Below, in pieces: positions 51,631 to 64,000 of a DNA stretch of 64,000 bases (position 1 is its first letter; every line of letters starts with the position of its first letter). The stretch is taken from NCBI RefSeq assembly GCF_001194135.2, contig NC_068982.1, positions 66,653,832 to 66,717,831 of the forward strand. The letters run 5' to 3'. The notes under the pieces were generated by a model. That model did no database searches. It was given only the letters and a program-made list of their open reading frames with translations, and was not told where the DNA came from. The stretch comes from Octopus bimaculoides. Taxonomy: Eukaryota. A program made the position numbers and the translations under genes.

Positions 51631-52919
51631 AGTAATTTTATATTCCTAGAAAGAAAAAGTTTTATAAATGTATAAAACAATCTTAAATGGAATTGAACGA
51701 ATCGCTGAATATTTTTATTAGAGTACATATTAATTTTTACAAAGAAAAAGTTGTTAGTAATTTTTAAGTTTTAGGTTTACTCTGTGTGTGTGTGTGTGTG
51801 TGTGTACATGGTTGAATAGTTAAATTTACTTTACAGTCACAAACGTTTCAGATTTCATCCTATTGTGCAACATCTTGAGCAGGTATTGACAAAAGAGGAT
51901 GAGTTGATCCAAGGCTTGGAAGTGAAAGTGTGTAGACAAAAACTGGAAACCAGTTGATGGACTCTATAATTCAGAAGAGGTCATCCTTATCATGCTCTCT
52001 GCCAAAACATTATGTTAAGTGTATGTAGAGTGTCATTTAAACACTCGGCCACTTGTATGCCGATATAATGAACTAAGTACTTCCGTTGATTGAACAAATG
52101 CAATGCACATCGATCCATTTTGTTTCTTTAAATTTTATAACCTGTATGTATGTATATAGGTGTCTCAGCTTATGTAAATAAACTTCCGTGGATAAGTAAT
52201 TTTTCCACGCTTACAAGAAACAACTCGCAAGATCAATATTTATCCCACAAAGAATATGTAGCTTTTCTAATAAAAACAGAAAGCATCAGTTGGGTTTAAA
52301 GATATTTTCCTGTTTCTTTCTTTTTTTTCCATCTCAAAACAGATGAGATAGAGAGATACATACACTGTCTTATCTATTTCTCTCTCGTTATTATATTAAT
52401 GACACTAACCAATGATAGCAAGATAAGTCTTTTGTCCTAAAACTGTTTTGTTCTTATTGATTCTTTCTAATGGAAACACTACATTAACACGAAAATAAAT
52501 ACTACGTATTAGATGGCCTTCGTTATAAAAGAAAACCGTTGACTCCGATGATATAATAGCGTAGTCGTGCGCATGCGTCGAGAAAGTGATGTTCTGTTTG
52601 AAATAAATTGCAGTAGCATAAAAAAAAATTAAGATTTTTAAGTTTTTATCATACCCCAGCACCGAGGCATGGCTCATTCCTTTCTGTATCGGCTATGGTG
52701 TATTTTTACAAATTTTTCTGCGAGGTGTTATAAACCAGTTTCTGGAGCTTTAGCTAACGATCGCTGTTATTATAATGAATTATTAATTAGTTCTTTGGTT
52801 CTTGTGTTGCAAGCCACATGGCGGAAGGCATGGAGCACCGAACTAGACACGTCACTATTTTTGCGTAAAACAACGACAGAATGATTTTCGATATTGTCTT
52901 TCGTTTTCTTGTTTTTGTT

Positions 52920-53280
52920 GTTTAGCCTCTAGGTTATTTTCTGATCCAGCTATTACCATTCAGCTATTTTTTCGGACATAGCGTATCTAGGACTACAATG
53001 TTCATTGGGTTTTTTTTTTTTTTTTTAAAGAAGACATTGTGATTCGAGGGCGATTGGTTGCTTATTTCAGCACCTCGAGCGATCGGTTTATATTTGTTGT
53101 TCAACCCTGATCAAATGGATCTATGAACAAAAGCATTCCAACCGTGACCATTTCGTCTTTCTAGAATTGTGAGATTACATTATCCAATGTCTCCTATTCT
53201 TATATTAAACGATATGTATTTTGAGTACGTCGGCTGCTATTTCTAGTCTATCGAGCGACTGCTCTCATTTTCATATAATC
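52920..53280. repeat. Interspersed repeat family D; other copies at ~12520-12800, 27690-27900, 29630-29860, 39560-39770, 56860-57010, 62990-63220
   Basis: Shared blocks ggactacattatccaatgtgtcc and gatttggctgctatttctagcaggtcgagcga. Confidence 0.7.
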
Positions 53281-53837
53281 TCATTGGGGGTCAATAAAAT
53301 AAGCACCAGTAAAGCATGGCGATTGTTCAAACGTTATATTACTTGAATATAATTGTCTAATTAAAAAAATTATTTGGTGAGCCTTACTGGGCTCGAATAA
53401 CAGTATTTATAGACAACCAGAAGGAGCCTTTAGGCAATCCTTTGACATACGAGAAACTCACACCACTTCCCCCACCAAAAAAACGTGGACAAGTTTGGTG
53501 ATATAATGGGATAGTCATCTTTGATCATAGGTACACTCAATCAGAGCTGACCTGGGGTTTGACAACAACAGCAATTTTTGATGGCATATAAGAGACACTT
53601 ATACATGAAGTTTCTAAACATCAACCCCTATCCTATATGAAAAGTTGGACCTATATTACGTATTTTAATGCACTATAAACATATTTTTCTGTATATGCGA
53701 TGCTGAAATCGGTTGGAGTGCATATAACATGCCCATGCTTCTTTTATGCCATCAAATGAGGTACTCTTATTATCTATAGTGTTAAGGGTAGCAAGCTGGC
53801 AGAATCATTAAGCACGACGAAAATGATTTAGCGGCAT

Positions 53838-54590
53838 TTTTACCTCCGCCAAGGAAGGAGGTTATGTTTTCATTGGCGTTGGTTTGTCCGTCTGTTCGTC
53901 TGTGTGCAAAATAGCTCAAAAAGTTGTGAACGGTATTTGATGAAACTGGCAGGAAAAGTTAGTAATGGCACAAGGAACAGATGATGAAATTTTGGTAGTG
54001 ATCCGGGAATTTTTATGGATTCTTGAAGGATTTTTCATTTGTTATATTTACATAAAGTGTTACGTTCTTTGATTATCTCCCTTGAAAGCACATCGTTTCC
54101 ACGTAACCTATGGTGGCGTTGCTGTTCAGAGACAGTGTTGATGACGACGATATTCGGAGTAGGATAAAATAATATCGGTGGTTATAATGGCGACAGGAGC
54201 CGTGTAATGTGTGATGGTGGTAATAGTGGTGTTGATGATAGTGTTAGTTGTGTGATGGTGGTATTGCAGTGGTTATACTGATTATAGTGTTGAAAGTGAC
54301 TGTCAAGGTCACCGTCATGATAACATTGATGGCGGGGTATGTGGTTGAAGTGGAAGCAATGACAATGCTGCTGATGATGTTGGTGGTTGTGAACTGCTTC
54401 AGAGGATTCCTGTTTTTAAAGGGTTTTTTTTTTCTTGAAATCATATGCCTGTGTTTTTTTTTATCCCCACTAAGGAGGTTATGTTTTTGCCGGTGTTGGT
54501 TTGAGAAATTAAGCGATTTTCAGCATGCGTGTATATGGGTGGAAATGAGCTGCTTGGCGGAGGCCTGCACTCTCCGAGTGATTTTCTAGT
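53838..54590 (+). mobile_element. Non-autonomous Helentron/DINE-like element inserted into a family B SINE
   Basis: 5' subterminal CCTCCGCCAAG and 3' inverted CTTGGCGGAGG, then hairpin CACTCtccGAGTG and CTAGT end. T-rich insertion site. SINE head (53788-53838) and body (54591-54745) rejoin across it. Confidence 0.8.
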
Positions 54591-55198
54591 TTCCTTATGT
54601 TCTAAGTTTAAATTCTACTGAGGTCAACTTTTCCTCTCATCCTTTCAGGGTTGATAACATAAGTATCAGTGGAGTCCTTGGGTCGATGTAATTAATCCAC
54701 TAGCCCTTATCTCCCATTCCCAAAATATCAGGCTTTGTGCTTTATTTGCAGAAAGAGTTATCTGTAACATGCAGTCATAGGCTGGAGATACTTGCGGCCC
54801 GCGTGACTTTCTGAATGGCACGCTTAAACGAAAAATTGCTTGAATGTTTTTATTATCGTGATTCGTCTGACGGTGAGCCATGTCTCACGCGTCCTGCTTT
54901 CCGTAAAACGTTGCCCATTGCTGATCTGTAATGTCACTTGACTTGGTGAAAAACTAAGGATGTATCTTAACAGTGAGCATCAACAGAGTTATTTAAAGAT
55001 TAGCATTTGTAATGTGATAAGCAGGAACTGGGCGTTGTTATCAACATACACACACATGTTTCTTTCAAAGAAAAAAAAAGAGAATAAATATTTTACACTA
55101 ATCTCTGACTTTCAATACCGTATATCAGAAATGGGAAATTTAATGGCCTAAAGCGTGACCTGAAAAGAACTTGAGGAAAAAGTCATTCTACTGATATT

Positions 55199-55287
<89 letters not shown>

Positions 55288-56176
55288 CACACACACACAC
55301 ACACACTTGTTAAAGCTTATTTTTTTAATTAATTCTCAAGCTTTGATTGCTTCTTCACGAGAGTGGACCTATTTGTGTGACCAATAAGTATCTGGAGGCT
55401 CAGAATCACCAATCTATAAATAAGAGATGGTCAGACCATAGATATTCAAAACTTCCAATGTCTAAATTTGCGCAAGTGGAGCTCTATTTCACGGATATGA
55501 TGTGGCGTGTACGACAGCTATAATTGGACCTACTAAGAGACAACTACCACGTGGTTTCGAGATCAGTCCCGCAACGCGGCACCTTGGGCAAGTGTCTTTT
55601 ACTATAGCCCCTGTCCTACAAATGCCTTGTGAGTGAATTTGGGAAACGGAAACTGTGTTGAAGCCCGCCGCGTGTGTTTATGTTCGTATGTTATGTTTTT
55701 TTTTTTGCCCCCCACCGCTTGACAACCGTTGTGCTTTTTTCTTTGTTTACATACATGTAAATTAACGATTCGGCAAAAGATACTGATAGAGTAATTAGCA
55801 AAATTATAAGATAATTGACGGTCACGGTAGTACTCCAGCATGGTTGTAGTCCAATGAGTGAAACGAATAAAAAGAACACATACATTTTAGTTTTATGCTG
55901 TTTGTCACATGGATTGAACTCGAAATCGCGTGATAGTGAATCAAACTTAAACCGTAGGTCTTTGCTTGTGCCATTTTTGAAACAGTGATACTATGGTCTC
56001 TATAATGAACCATTTTTAAAGTTCATATGTGGTTTCGGTGAGCCGAATATTCACGATCCTTTCTCAGTAAGCCGGAAACTTCAATGCTCTCCACAAAATA
56101 CTCTATCATGAACCAGAAGTGGAGCCTGTCTGTGCTAGAAGCAGCAGTCAAATCTTCATGAAGCCATATCCTACTG

Positions 56177-56215
<39 letters not shown>

Positions 56216-56474
56216 ATCAGCATCTTGGAGGCGCGGTTTGAAAAGAGAAATACAGAAATAAGCGTAATGGTCATGGTTGAAATGCCTTTCATCATAGGTC
56301 TGCTCGGTCAGAGTTGACTGAGATCAAACAATAAAAACCACGTAGTTTACCATTTTCTTTATGGAAACAATACTTGTCTTTTCAACGTCGTGTTATCCAG
56401 TTGTTTCAATAACCAAGTTGTTTAATTGTCGAAGTTATCCGATTCAATGTCGAATTATAATTTTGTTGATACGT

Positions 56475-56580
<106 letters not shown>

Positions 56581-58505
56581 TTTTCATTCATTCCAGGGGT
56601 GACAAGTTCAAAAGAAGCTATGTCCAGTCACTTAGAATAAAGTACTCAAAAGATAAGTCTAAGGGTGAATAAAAATGTTAATCCATAATCGTTAGTCAGA
56701 CAAAATATATTTTGTCGGATAAGCGATTATGGATCTCTCCACCCCCCTCTCTCTCTCTCTCTCTCCTTCGTCTCGGATCAAATACATGCAAAGATACACA
56801 CTCCCAACATACAATACTCATGTTTTTGCTCTCTGCCCCCAAAATTATTAGACCTTAGGTTTGGAAATATCAGTTTATCTTATCAAAAGCGTTTCATCCG
56901 TGACTATCATTTCAGTTTGTTTGACAAAAAAGTCCTTCATATAGGGTGTGATTAGAGTGAATTTGGCTTATTATTCAGCAGGTCGAGCGACTGCTTAGCG
57001 GCTTCTTTCTTGGCTCATGGCAATATCGATACTTTTTTTACGACAAAGCTCTCACACTCCATTCTAGTATCAATGTAATTCTCTTATCTTGAATTATCAT
57101 TAAGCATTGTTGTGTTGTCTCCGTTTAGCGTGACCAAGGTTGTCTCTTGAATTAATGGACGCAATTCACAGATTAATGCTTGCTCAAGGTCACACTGTTG
57201 GATTCAGACATCGAAGTACTGCAATATGTTTGTCTGGCAACAGCTAAGCTACACATTGGATTACTGTACTGCTGTTTTTATTTAGTCTCATCCCAGCCCT
57301 GACCGAAAACGCTATAATCAAATGTATTTCAGCTGTGTACATCTCATCAGATGACTTTTTTCCTTTTTGAAAAATGATATAGAATGCTTCAAGGGAAATT
57401 TTGCCTCTGTTTAAAAGCATTCTATTCTTGACTATTTAGTCTTTTTTACACTTAGCAACGCTCATTTTCTCTTTAAAAGACTAACAGATTTTAGCTGCTT
57501 TTCTAACTATCTGATCAAGCGATCTTACAGAAGCTCCTCGTAAATACATTATCGTCTCTCTACAATCTCCTTCCTTAATGCTCTTGTTTTTCTTGCAAGT
57601 GTTGACCTACAATGTTTTAAACAGAACATTAAACCCATCAATATCGAATGGCCTATAAAGATCATAAGTAATGCTTCTTCCGGATTAAAGTGTACACGAC
57701 GGACTTCTTTCGGTTTTTGTCCACCAAATACATTCACAAAGTATTGGTTAGCTTTAGGCTATTGTAGAAGATACTTGACCAAAGTGTCATTCAGTGGAAA
57801 TGAACCTTGGAACCATGTGGTTGGAAAGCAAACTTCGTACCACACAACCACGCCTGCACCTGTATGTAAATGTACATACACATATGAATATGATGGTAAA
57901 CCGCTCGATTTCGATTATAGCAGATTTGAAAGCTTTTCAGCTGGGGCCTTCAGATGACTACGTAGCCCTAATTTGCTTAATTTTTTCTATCATAAAAAAA
58001 AGAAAAGAAAATTGAAAAAAGAAATTAGAGCTTGTGGTCATCAAAGAGCCATAGCAGAAAACCTATAATTGTCGATATATTCCAGCAGCAGGTTTCATAA
58101 AATGATTTGAAATCGTGTTGAGCGCCATCATATACATATTTGTGTGTACATGCACACCTGTGTGTATGTATGTGTGTATACCGGTGTGCGTGTATGAATA
58201 AACACACGCACTCATATATATANNNNNNNNNNNNNNNNNNNNNNNNNNNNNNNNNNNNNNNNNNNNNNNNNNNNNNNNNNNNNNNNNNNNNNNNNNNNNN
58301 NNNNNNNNNNNNNNNNCAGAACCGCTAGCACAACGGACAAAATAGTGGCGTTTCATCAGTCTTCTGAAATCAAGCTCCGCCAAGGTCGACTTTGCCTTTC
58401 ATACTTTCGAAGTCGATAAAATAAGAACCAGTTGGGTACCGAGATCGATGTAATCAGCTAACCCCCTTTCCCAAAATATCGGAGCTTGAATTCATATTAG
58501 AAAGG

Positions 58506-58550
<45 letters not shown>

Positions 58551-61500
58551 ATGTGTGCATGCGTGTGTGTCTATATATGGAGGTTGGGAAACGATTTTGG
58601 TATTATTTAATCACCATTATACGTGTTTCATTTGCTGATAGGAATTACAAGTTTGTACATATAGGATAAACATGTAAGAAATATCCTATTAGAAATTGTT
58701 CAGAGAATCTCTGATGAAATAATACCAAAATAAATTGTTTTGCAATCTCCTGTTTTGATATATAATTTTACTGCAAACAATATTTCCAGAATGTTCAACT
58801 CTAATGCATACCTCACGGATATAAGAAATTATAACATTGGGAAAAACAGATGTACTTCAAGAGTGACACAGCTTGAATTGTAACCCTATTCATATACGCA
58901 TATACATGTCTGTATATACATATTCCTATTAACATTGTTTCCTGTACGCTGACTTCATTAATTAAATAACTATCATTTGGAATGTCGAAAATATCTGGGC
59001 TAAGTGATTTTCATAACCAGTTAACAATATCTCAACCGCCCTGCATGCTTTTTCCTTGATCATCATTTCTTTAAGTATCAAAATATCATTGGTAAACTGT
59101 GAGATAGGGTGGGTTGTGAGGGGTTGTTTTTAAGAATATCCTTTGTAATAAAAATTTTTATAACTCAGCATAAGTGCATGCTTGGCTTTTCACACACGGG
59201 TTTCGAGTTCAGTCTCACTGCACGGCATCTCGGGGAAAGTGTTTTCAACGATGTTCCGGCCAATGTCTTGTGAGTGAATTTGCTCCACGGAAACTGTGTG
59301 GAGGTTCGCCGTGTATCTCTGTGTGTGTGTACGTGCGTGCGCAACGAGTTAAAGGTAATTGCAACAATATCCTACTTTATCAAACGAGTAAAAGGTAATT
59401 GCAACAATATCCTACTTTATGAGTATGTGATCAAGCAGATCGATAGACAATATGCTTTCCAACCGCGACCATCTTGCCTTTTCAGTTATGCTGTATTTGG
59501 GACTACATTATCCAATATATACTTGCTTCCCCCNNNNNNNNNNTAACAAAGCAAGATATCATTTGAAGAGTAATTTGACTTTTGTTCCTGACGGGACGTG
59601 CGACTCTCGTTAGTTCGTCCTGAGATATGTTTCAGCCAGGTGTTGTTCTGGCCCTGACTAACTCCATAGCGTCAACTGGGCAGTTTATCTTCTATTTGTT
59701 TCAGTCATTGAACTGCAGTCATACTGGAACATCGCCTTCAATGGTTGAGGCTAACATATCGTCCCTCGCCCAGTATATAATTTTCGTTTTTAGTCTGGTA
59801 CTTATTCTAAAGGTCACTTTTGCCGAACCGTTACGTTACAAGGATGTAAAAAAAAAAAAGAATACCTGTTGTCAAATGGTGGAGTGGTAGACACACACAT
59901 ACATATACACACACGCACGCATGCATACACACACTTTCTGTCTACCAAATTCCCTTTCAAAGCATTGGTCAACCCGAGACTATAGTAGAAGACATTTGTC
60001 CTAGGTGCTGCGCCGTGGGGTTGAACCCAAAACAACGTAGTTGCAAAGTAAGCTCGTTTTAACGACAGAGTCATGGCTGTGTGGTTATAACCTAAAATTC
60101 TTTACTTTTACCTAATTTGAGCGTAAAGATAGTGATCAAAGAAACATTAGTAAATAAATACAGGTAAATCATTTGGTGGATGTTGGAATGATGTTGAATT
60201 GGCCAGGACTAGCTGAGATAAAATGGTTGTCGATTGTGTCGGTTTTGATTTTTTTTAACGATACCAGATCTCAACTCTTGGGTAATTTTAAAATTATATA
60301 TTTCCTATGTCGTAAAGATACATTTTGCTCTGCATCTCACCAGTGTTATATAACATTATAAAACGATCTTGTCTTTGTTGAACATCTCGAAGCTCATTAG
60401 ATTTAACTTGCAACTCTTTAACGAGAAAGATTTTACAGGAAAGAACAAAATGTATACTAATTTAAGATTTTTGTTATACACACTTTCATAACATTATACT
60501 AAGGCACCAGATGCTTAATGTTAAACAAGTCTCTTTAACACTTGTATATTTTAGTTAACTTTTTTTCTTTTTGTTAATGTATTAGAGCTGATACGTTGAC
60601 GAAACAAGCTTCACCTAGAGCTGATAATAATAGCATTCTGAAATTTTCAAATGTCAGTTTATGAGAGATGTTCCAGTTATATAATGTTAAAATGTCTTTG
60701 ACTAGTCTAAGTGCTATTCTGAAGTCTGGTCTATAATGCTAACCTTTTATCTCTAGCTTACATTAAACTAAACAAATTGTGATTTATTCTTTCCAAGTAG
60801 ACTTGTATCCAATAACGTGCTTATGAAAAGAGTATATAATTTATTTTCCTCTCCCCTTCTCGTTCTCCCTTTTTATTGCCACCGTCTCTGTCTGCCCGTC
60901 ACTCACACTCCTCTCTCTCCTTCCGCCCTTCACTCACACTCCTATCTCTCTCCTTCCTTTTCCTCTCTCCTACGCCTCTCTGTCACAAAATAACTATTAC
61001 CCTGCTATTATACCACTTATCTGAGAGGGAATAAGAGGGTAAAAGTATACAAACAATATCCTAAACAAATCTAAATATGACCTTTTAAATTTAGTTTTTG
61101 TCTGTGTTTATAGGACCGACATTTTCTTCATGGATTTTTGTTATTCAGCTCTGATAAATTGAAGAAACTTGAGTTCTTTTTTTCATCCAAACACCAGAAT
61201 TAGCCAGGCAAACAGTAGGTTTTACATTTTTTTAAATTTAGATTTCGTCTCTTTATCGTAAAATTTACTTATTAATAGTAATAATATTCATTAGCTTAAA
61301 AATAAATTTCAAACAATGCAGTTTTGTTTTTCTTTAAATACTAGTTTCCGTTAATATTTTCATAATCCACGGACACATTTCAATTGAGGTTTTTTTTTTC
61401 TATTATAAAGTTAAAAGTTCGCGTAAACAATGTTAACTATCGACAATATGTTAAATATCAACAATGTTATTGATTCAGTATTTATTGATTCCTACACTGT

Positions 61501-63553
61501 TATTGCTCACTGCTTGATTCATTGATATTGAAATTTTAAAATTTCATTTTTCAAACCTGATCTTTATGTAGACTAAAATGTGATCTCTGCAAACTCCATT
61601 TCTTTTAAACTCTCCTATAAAAGTAGCTACTTTTTTTGAAGTTATCAAACTTCTGGCATGTACTGGCAGAATTGTTAAGAGTGTCGGACAAAATATCTGC
61701 CATATTTAGTTACGCTCTTTTACATTCTTAATTCAAACCCCACCTCGGACAACTTATTCTTTTCATCACCCCGGATCGATAAGTACGTCAAGTTATAGAT
61801 AGAATTATAATAGACTAAGGAACTCTCATTTTCACCAACATTTTTGACTCCTCGTGGTAATCAATCCTTTTGAAGCTTCCCAGCCTACATTTCATTTCCA
61901 ACGAAGGAATGTTTAAACAATCGTTTGACCTGTTAGAAATACCGATCAGATCTCTCTCAAATCATACTCGCGGTGTCTAGGAAAGAAACCTCGCATAATG
62001 TATTTATAAGTGAATAAAAGATAGAATGGTCATAAACAATTTAACTCTCGTGACTTGACCTAATTATTTTGATCCCTCCATCTCTACTGGCTTAACATAA
62101 CGGTCAAAGCATTAATATTTTCAAAAGAACAAATGAGAAAAATGAAATGTACAAACCATCTATTTCTCTATCCCACACATCCCGATATACATTGTCCGAC
62201 ATAAAGGCTTGGTTGTTTCGATGATTTTCTGAAATGCATTTTCTTTGAGGGCGCTCAAATCTGCGATTCACCTTAAACATAACTATATAAAAAAACTAAT
62301 CTTCAATTAAAATTTATTTTACTAGTAGCTCGACAGACCCCTCATCGAAAATTTACCTCCTGATCCTCTTACACTGCTTAAATATTGAACAAAATTTAAG
62401 GGCTTTACCAAATATTTATTACCATGTGTTGTCGTTCCCTAAAATACGTTTGATAGGACATTACTATGGCATTATTGTCCTTATATTGTCTTCATACGTA
62501 TTAGAACAAAAACTATAAGAAAATATTTCATTAACAAATTATAACATTGTTTCTTAAAATCGTCATCTGCATAATATGCTATTAAATGCTGTGAATATTC
62601 CAGATTTTGTGATTTTTCCGTATTTTCCTTGCCTTTTCTCTAGAGCTCATGTTACCTTATTACAACGCATTTATTGTAGGTTGTCTATAGATATTATCAA
62701 GACGATGACTAGATCTAGAAGAGGGTCTGTTATACTGTTAAATCATAGAGGTTTATCGTTGAGAGAGAATGTATCTATGGAGAACATTAAATAGTGAGAG
62801 ATCATCTCTGAAATTATAATTATAACGGACAAGCTAAAGAAATTCTTAATCTCTTTTCATCTCTATGTTTCTGTCTCTTTGTCTCNNNNNNNNNNCCACT
62901 TTCTCAGATTATTCGTTTCTTAGAATATACCGATAAGTTGAATATCTTAGGCGTCGCTGCTAGAAAAATGGTTGCCAGTCATAAACCAAATCAGCTTCTT
63001 ACTCCTATTTTTGTTTATATTCCATGGATTATTGGTCATTCGACACGCTAGAAATAGCAACCAATTTCCCTCAAATCTCAACCTACCATGTTTAAAAATA
63101 GAATATGTTGGGTAATGTGGTCCGAGTTCCCTGCACATAGAGAAAAAGGAAGATTAGTCACGGTTGGAATTTCCTATGATCACAGACCTTCTTGATAAGA
63201 GCTAACTCGGCGTTACACCACAACAACCGTAGACTGGTGCTTGCAGCCTGATTTAACAGTAGATACGACGAATAGATTATTGTTAGTGTTACTATAATTA
63301 AAATAGTGTGATGAAAATATACTCTTAGCTGCATCTAGTGAATGGTTAGCTTTTTCTTATCACTATTATAATAGACTCTGCTTCTCAGAGCTTGCTGAGC
63401 TCATTTCAGATTCGCTTAGATACTCATCTCCCTTCCTCCTCCCATCACCCATGCTGTGTTTTCCCCCATCAGGACTCGTGTTACTCTCGACAGCCACTCC
63501 TTCCTTACCAAAACGTCAACTCTCTAGAATATTTTCCTATGGTGTTGACTTAC

Positions 63554-63710
63554 AAATGTTCACGAGGAACAGTAATGGCGTCAGTCTTACAAGTTTAGGA
63601 TATCCTGCGAAGACTGGGTATTGCATTCTCCTTTGCATATTACAAGTAAAAAAAGAAATCGTTTCGGCACTTAGGGGAGATAGCTGTTTCTCTGGGGCGG
63701 TTTTATATAG
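63554..63710 (-). promoter_or_regulatory. Candidate TATA promoter and first exon encoding a signal-peptide-like sequence
   Basis: Minus strand has CTATATAAAA (63710-63701) next to CCGCCC. ATG at 63638 or 63626 gives MQRRMQYPVFAGYPKLVRLTPLLFLVNI. Phase-1 donor GTAAGT at 63553. Confidence 0.3.
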
Positions 63711-64000
63711 TCTCAGCTCCATCAATAAAAACAGTAATTTTAGACATTTTACTAAACTCGTAATTATTTCTTCTTAGATTTTTGATGCTTATGCTACTGA
63801 TAAAACTCAGAGAGGAAGAAATGCGCATCTACTATTCTCACGACCGTTTTGGACGATTTTCTTCTGTTAATGATATATTTGATTATACATTTCTTTTATT
63901 AGCCACACAGGGCTCAACGAAGATGGGACAAATACAATGTAGAGCTTTTCTTTTTGGGAGGGGGAAGGAAGGAAAAAAAAAAAAAAAAAAAAAAAAAAAA

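Noticed and set aside
54244-54589. Hydrophobic 113-aa ORF and its antisense partner
   Set aside because: Produced by GTG/GAT simple repeats inside the Helentron-like element.
57549-57737. 62-aa ORF with a TM-like helix and basic tail
   Set aside because: The start lies in a family C SINE. A possible acceptor exists (ctttatag|GC) but nothing else supports it.
59343-59420. 40-bp tandem duplication
   Set aside because: Two units only, beside a SINE; ordinary slippage or an assembly effect, not CRISPR-like.
63973-64000. Terminal poly(A) run
   Set aside because: Cut by the window edge; no retrocopy or TSD can be assessed.

Overview
AT-rich, repeat-dense eukaryotic DNA with nine N gaps. It looks like an octopus (coleoid cephalopod) draft assembly; this is inferred from the tRNA-derived SINE families, microsatellite load and AT content. 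Most of the window is SINEs, MITEs, microsatellites and decayed transposons: hAT, R4/Dong LINE, RTE LINE, Merlin-like MITEs and a Helentron-like element. The one convincing cellular coding region is an intact, single-exon 339-aa ORF at 9600-10619 (-). It is built almost entirely of tandem MLLE/PABC-like domains (three complete plus one truncated), with no RRM or HECT domain and with the MLLE signature altered in every copy. It is the best candidate here for an undescribed system, possibly a multivalent adaptor or decoy for PAM2-motif proteins. Secondary highlights are four Merlin-like MITEs with TTAGGG-like cores, a 67-bp-arm palindrome at 40130-40273, an RTE fragment that may be horizontally transferred, and a possible TATA plus signal-peptide first exon near the right end. 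No prokaryotic features or CRISPR arrays were seen. All family assignments come from reading motifs by eye, not from database searches.
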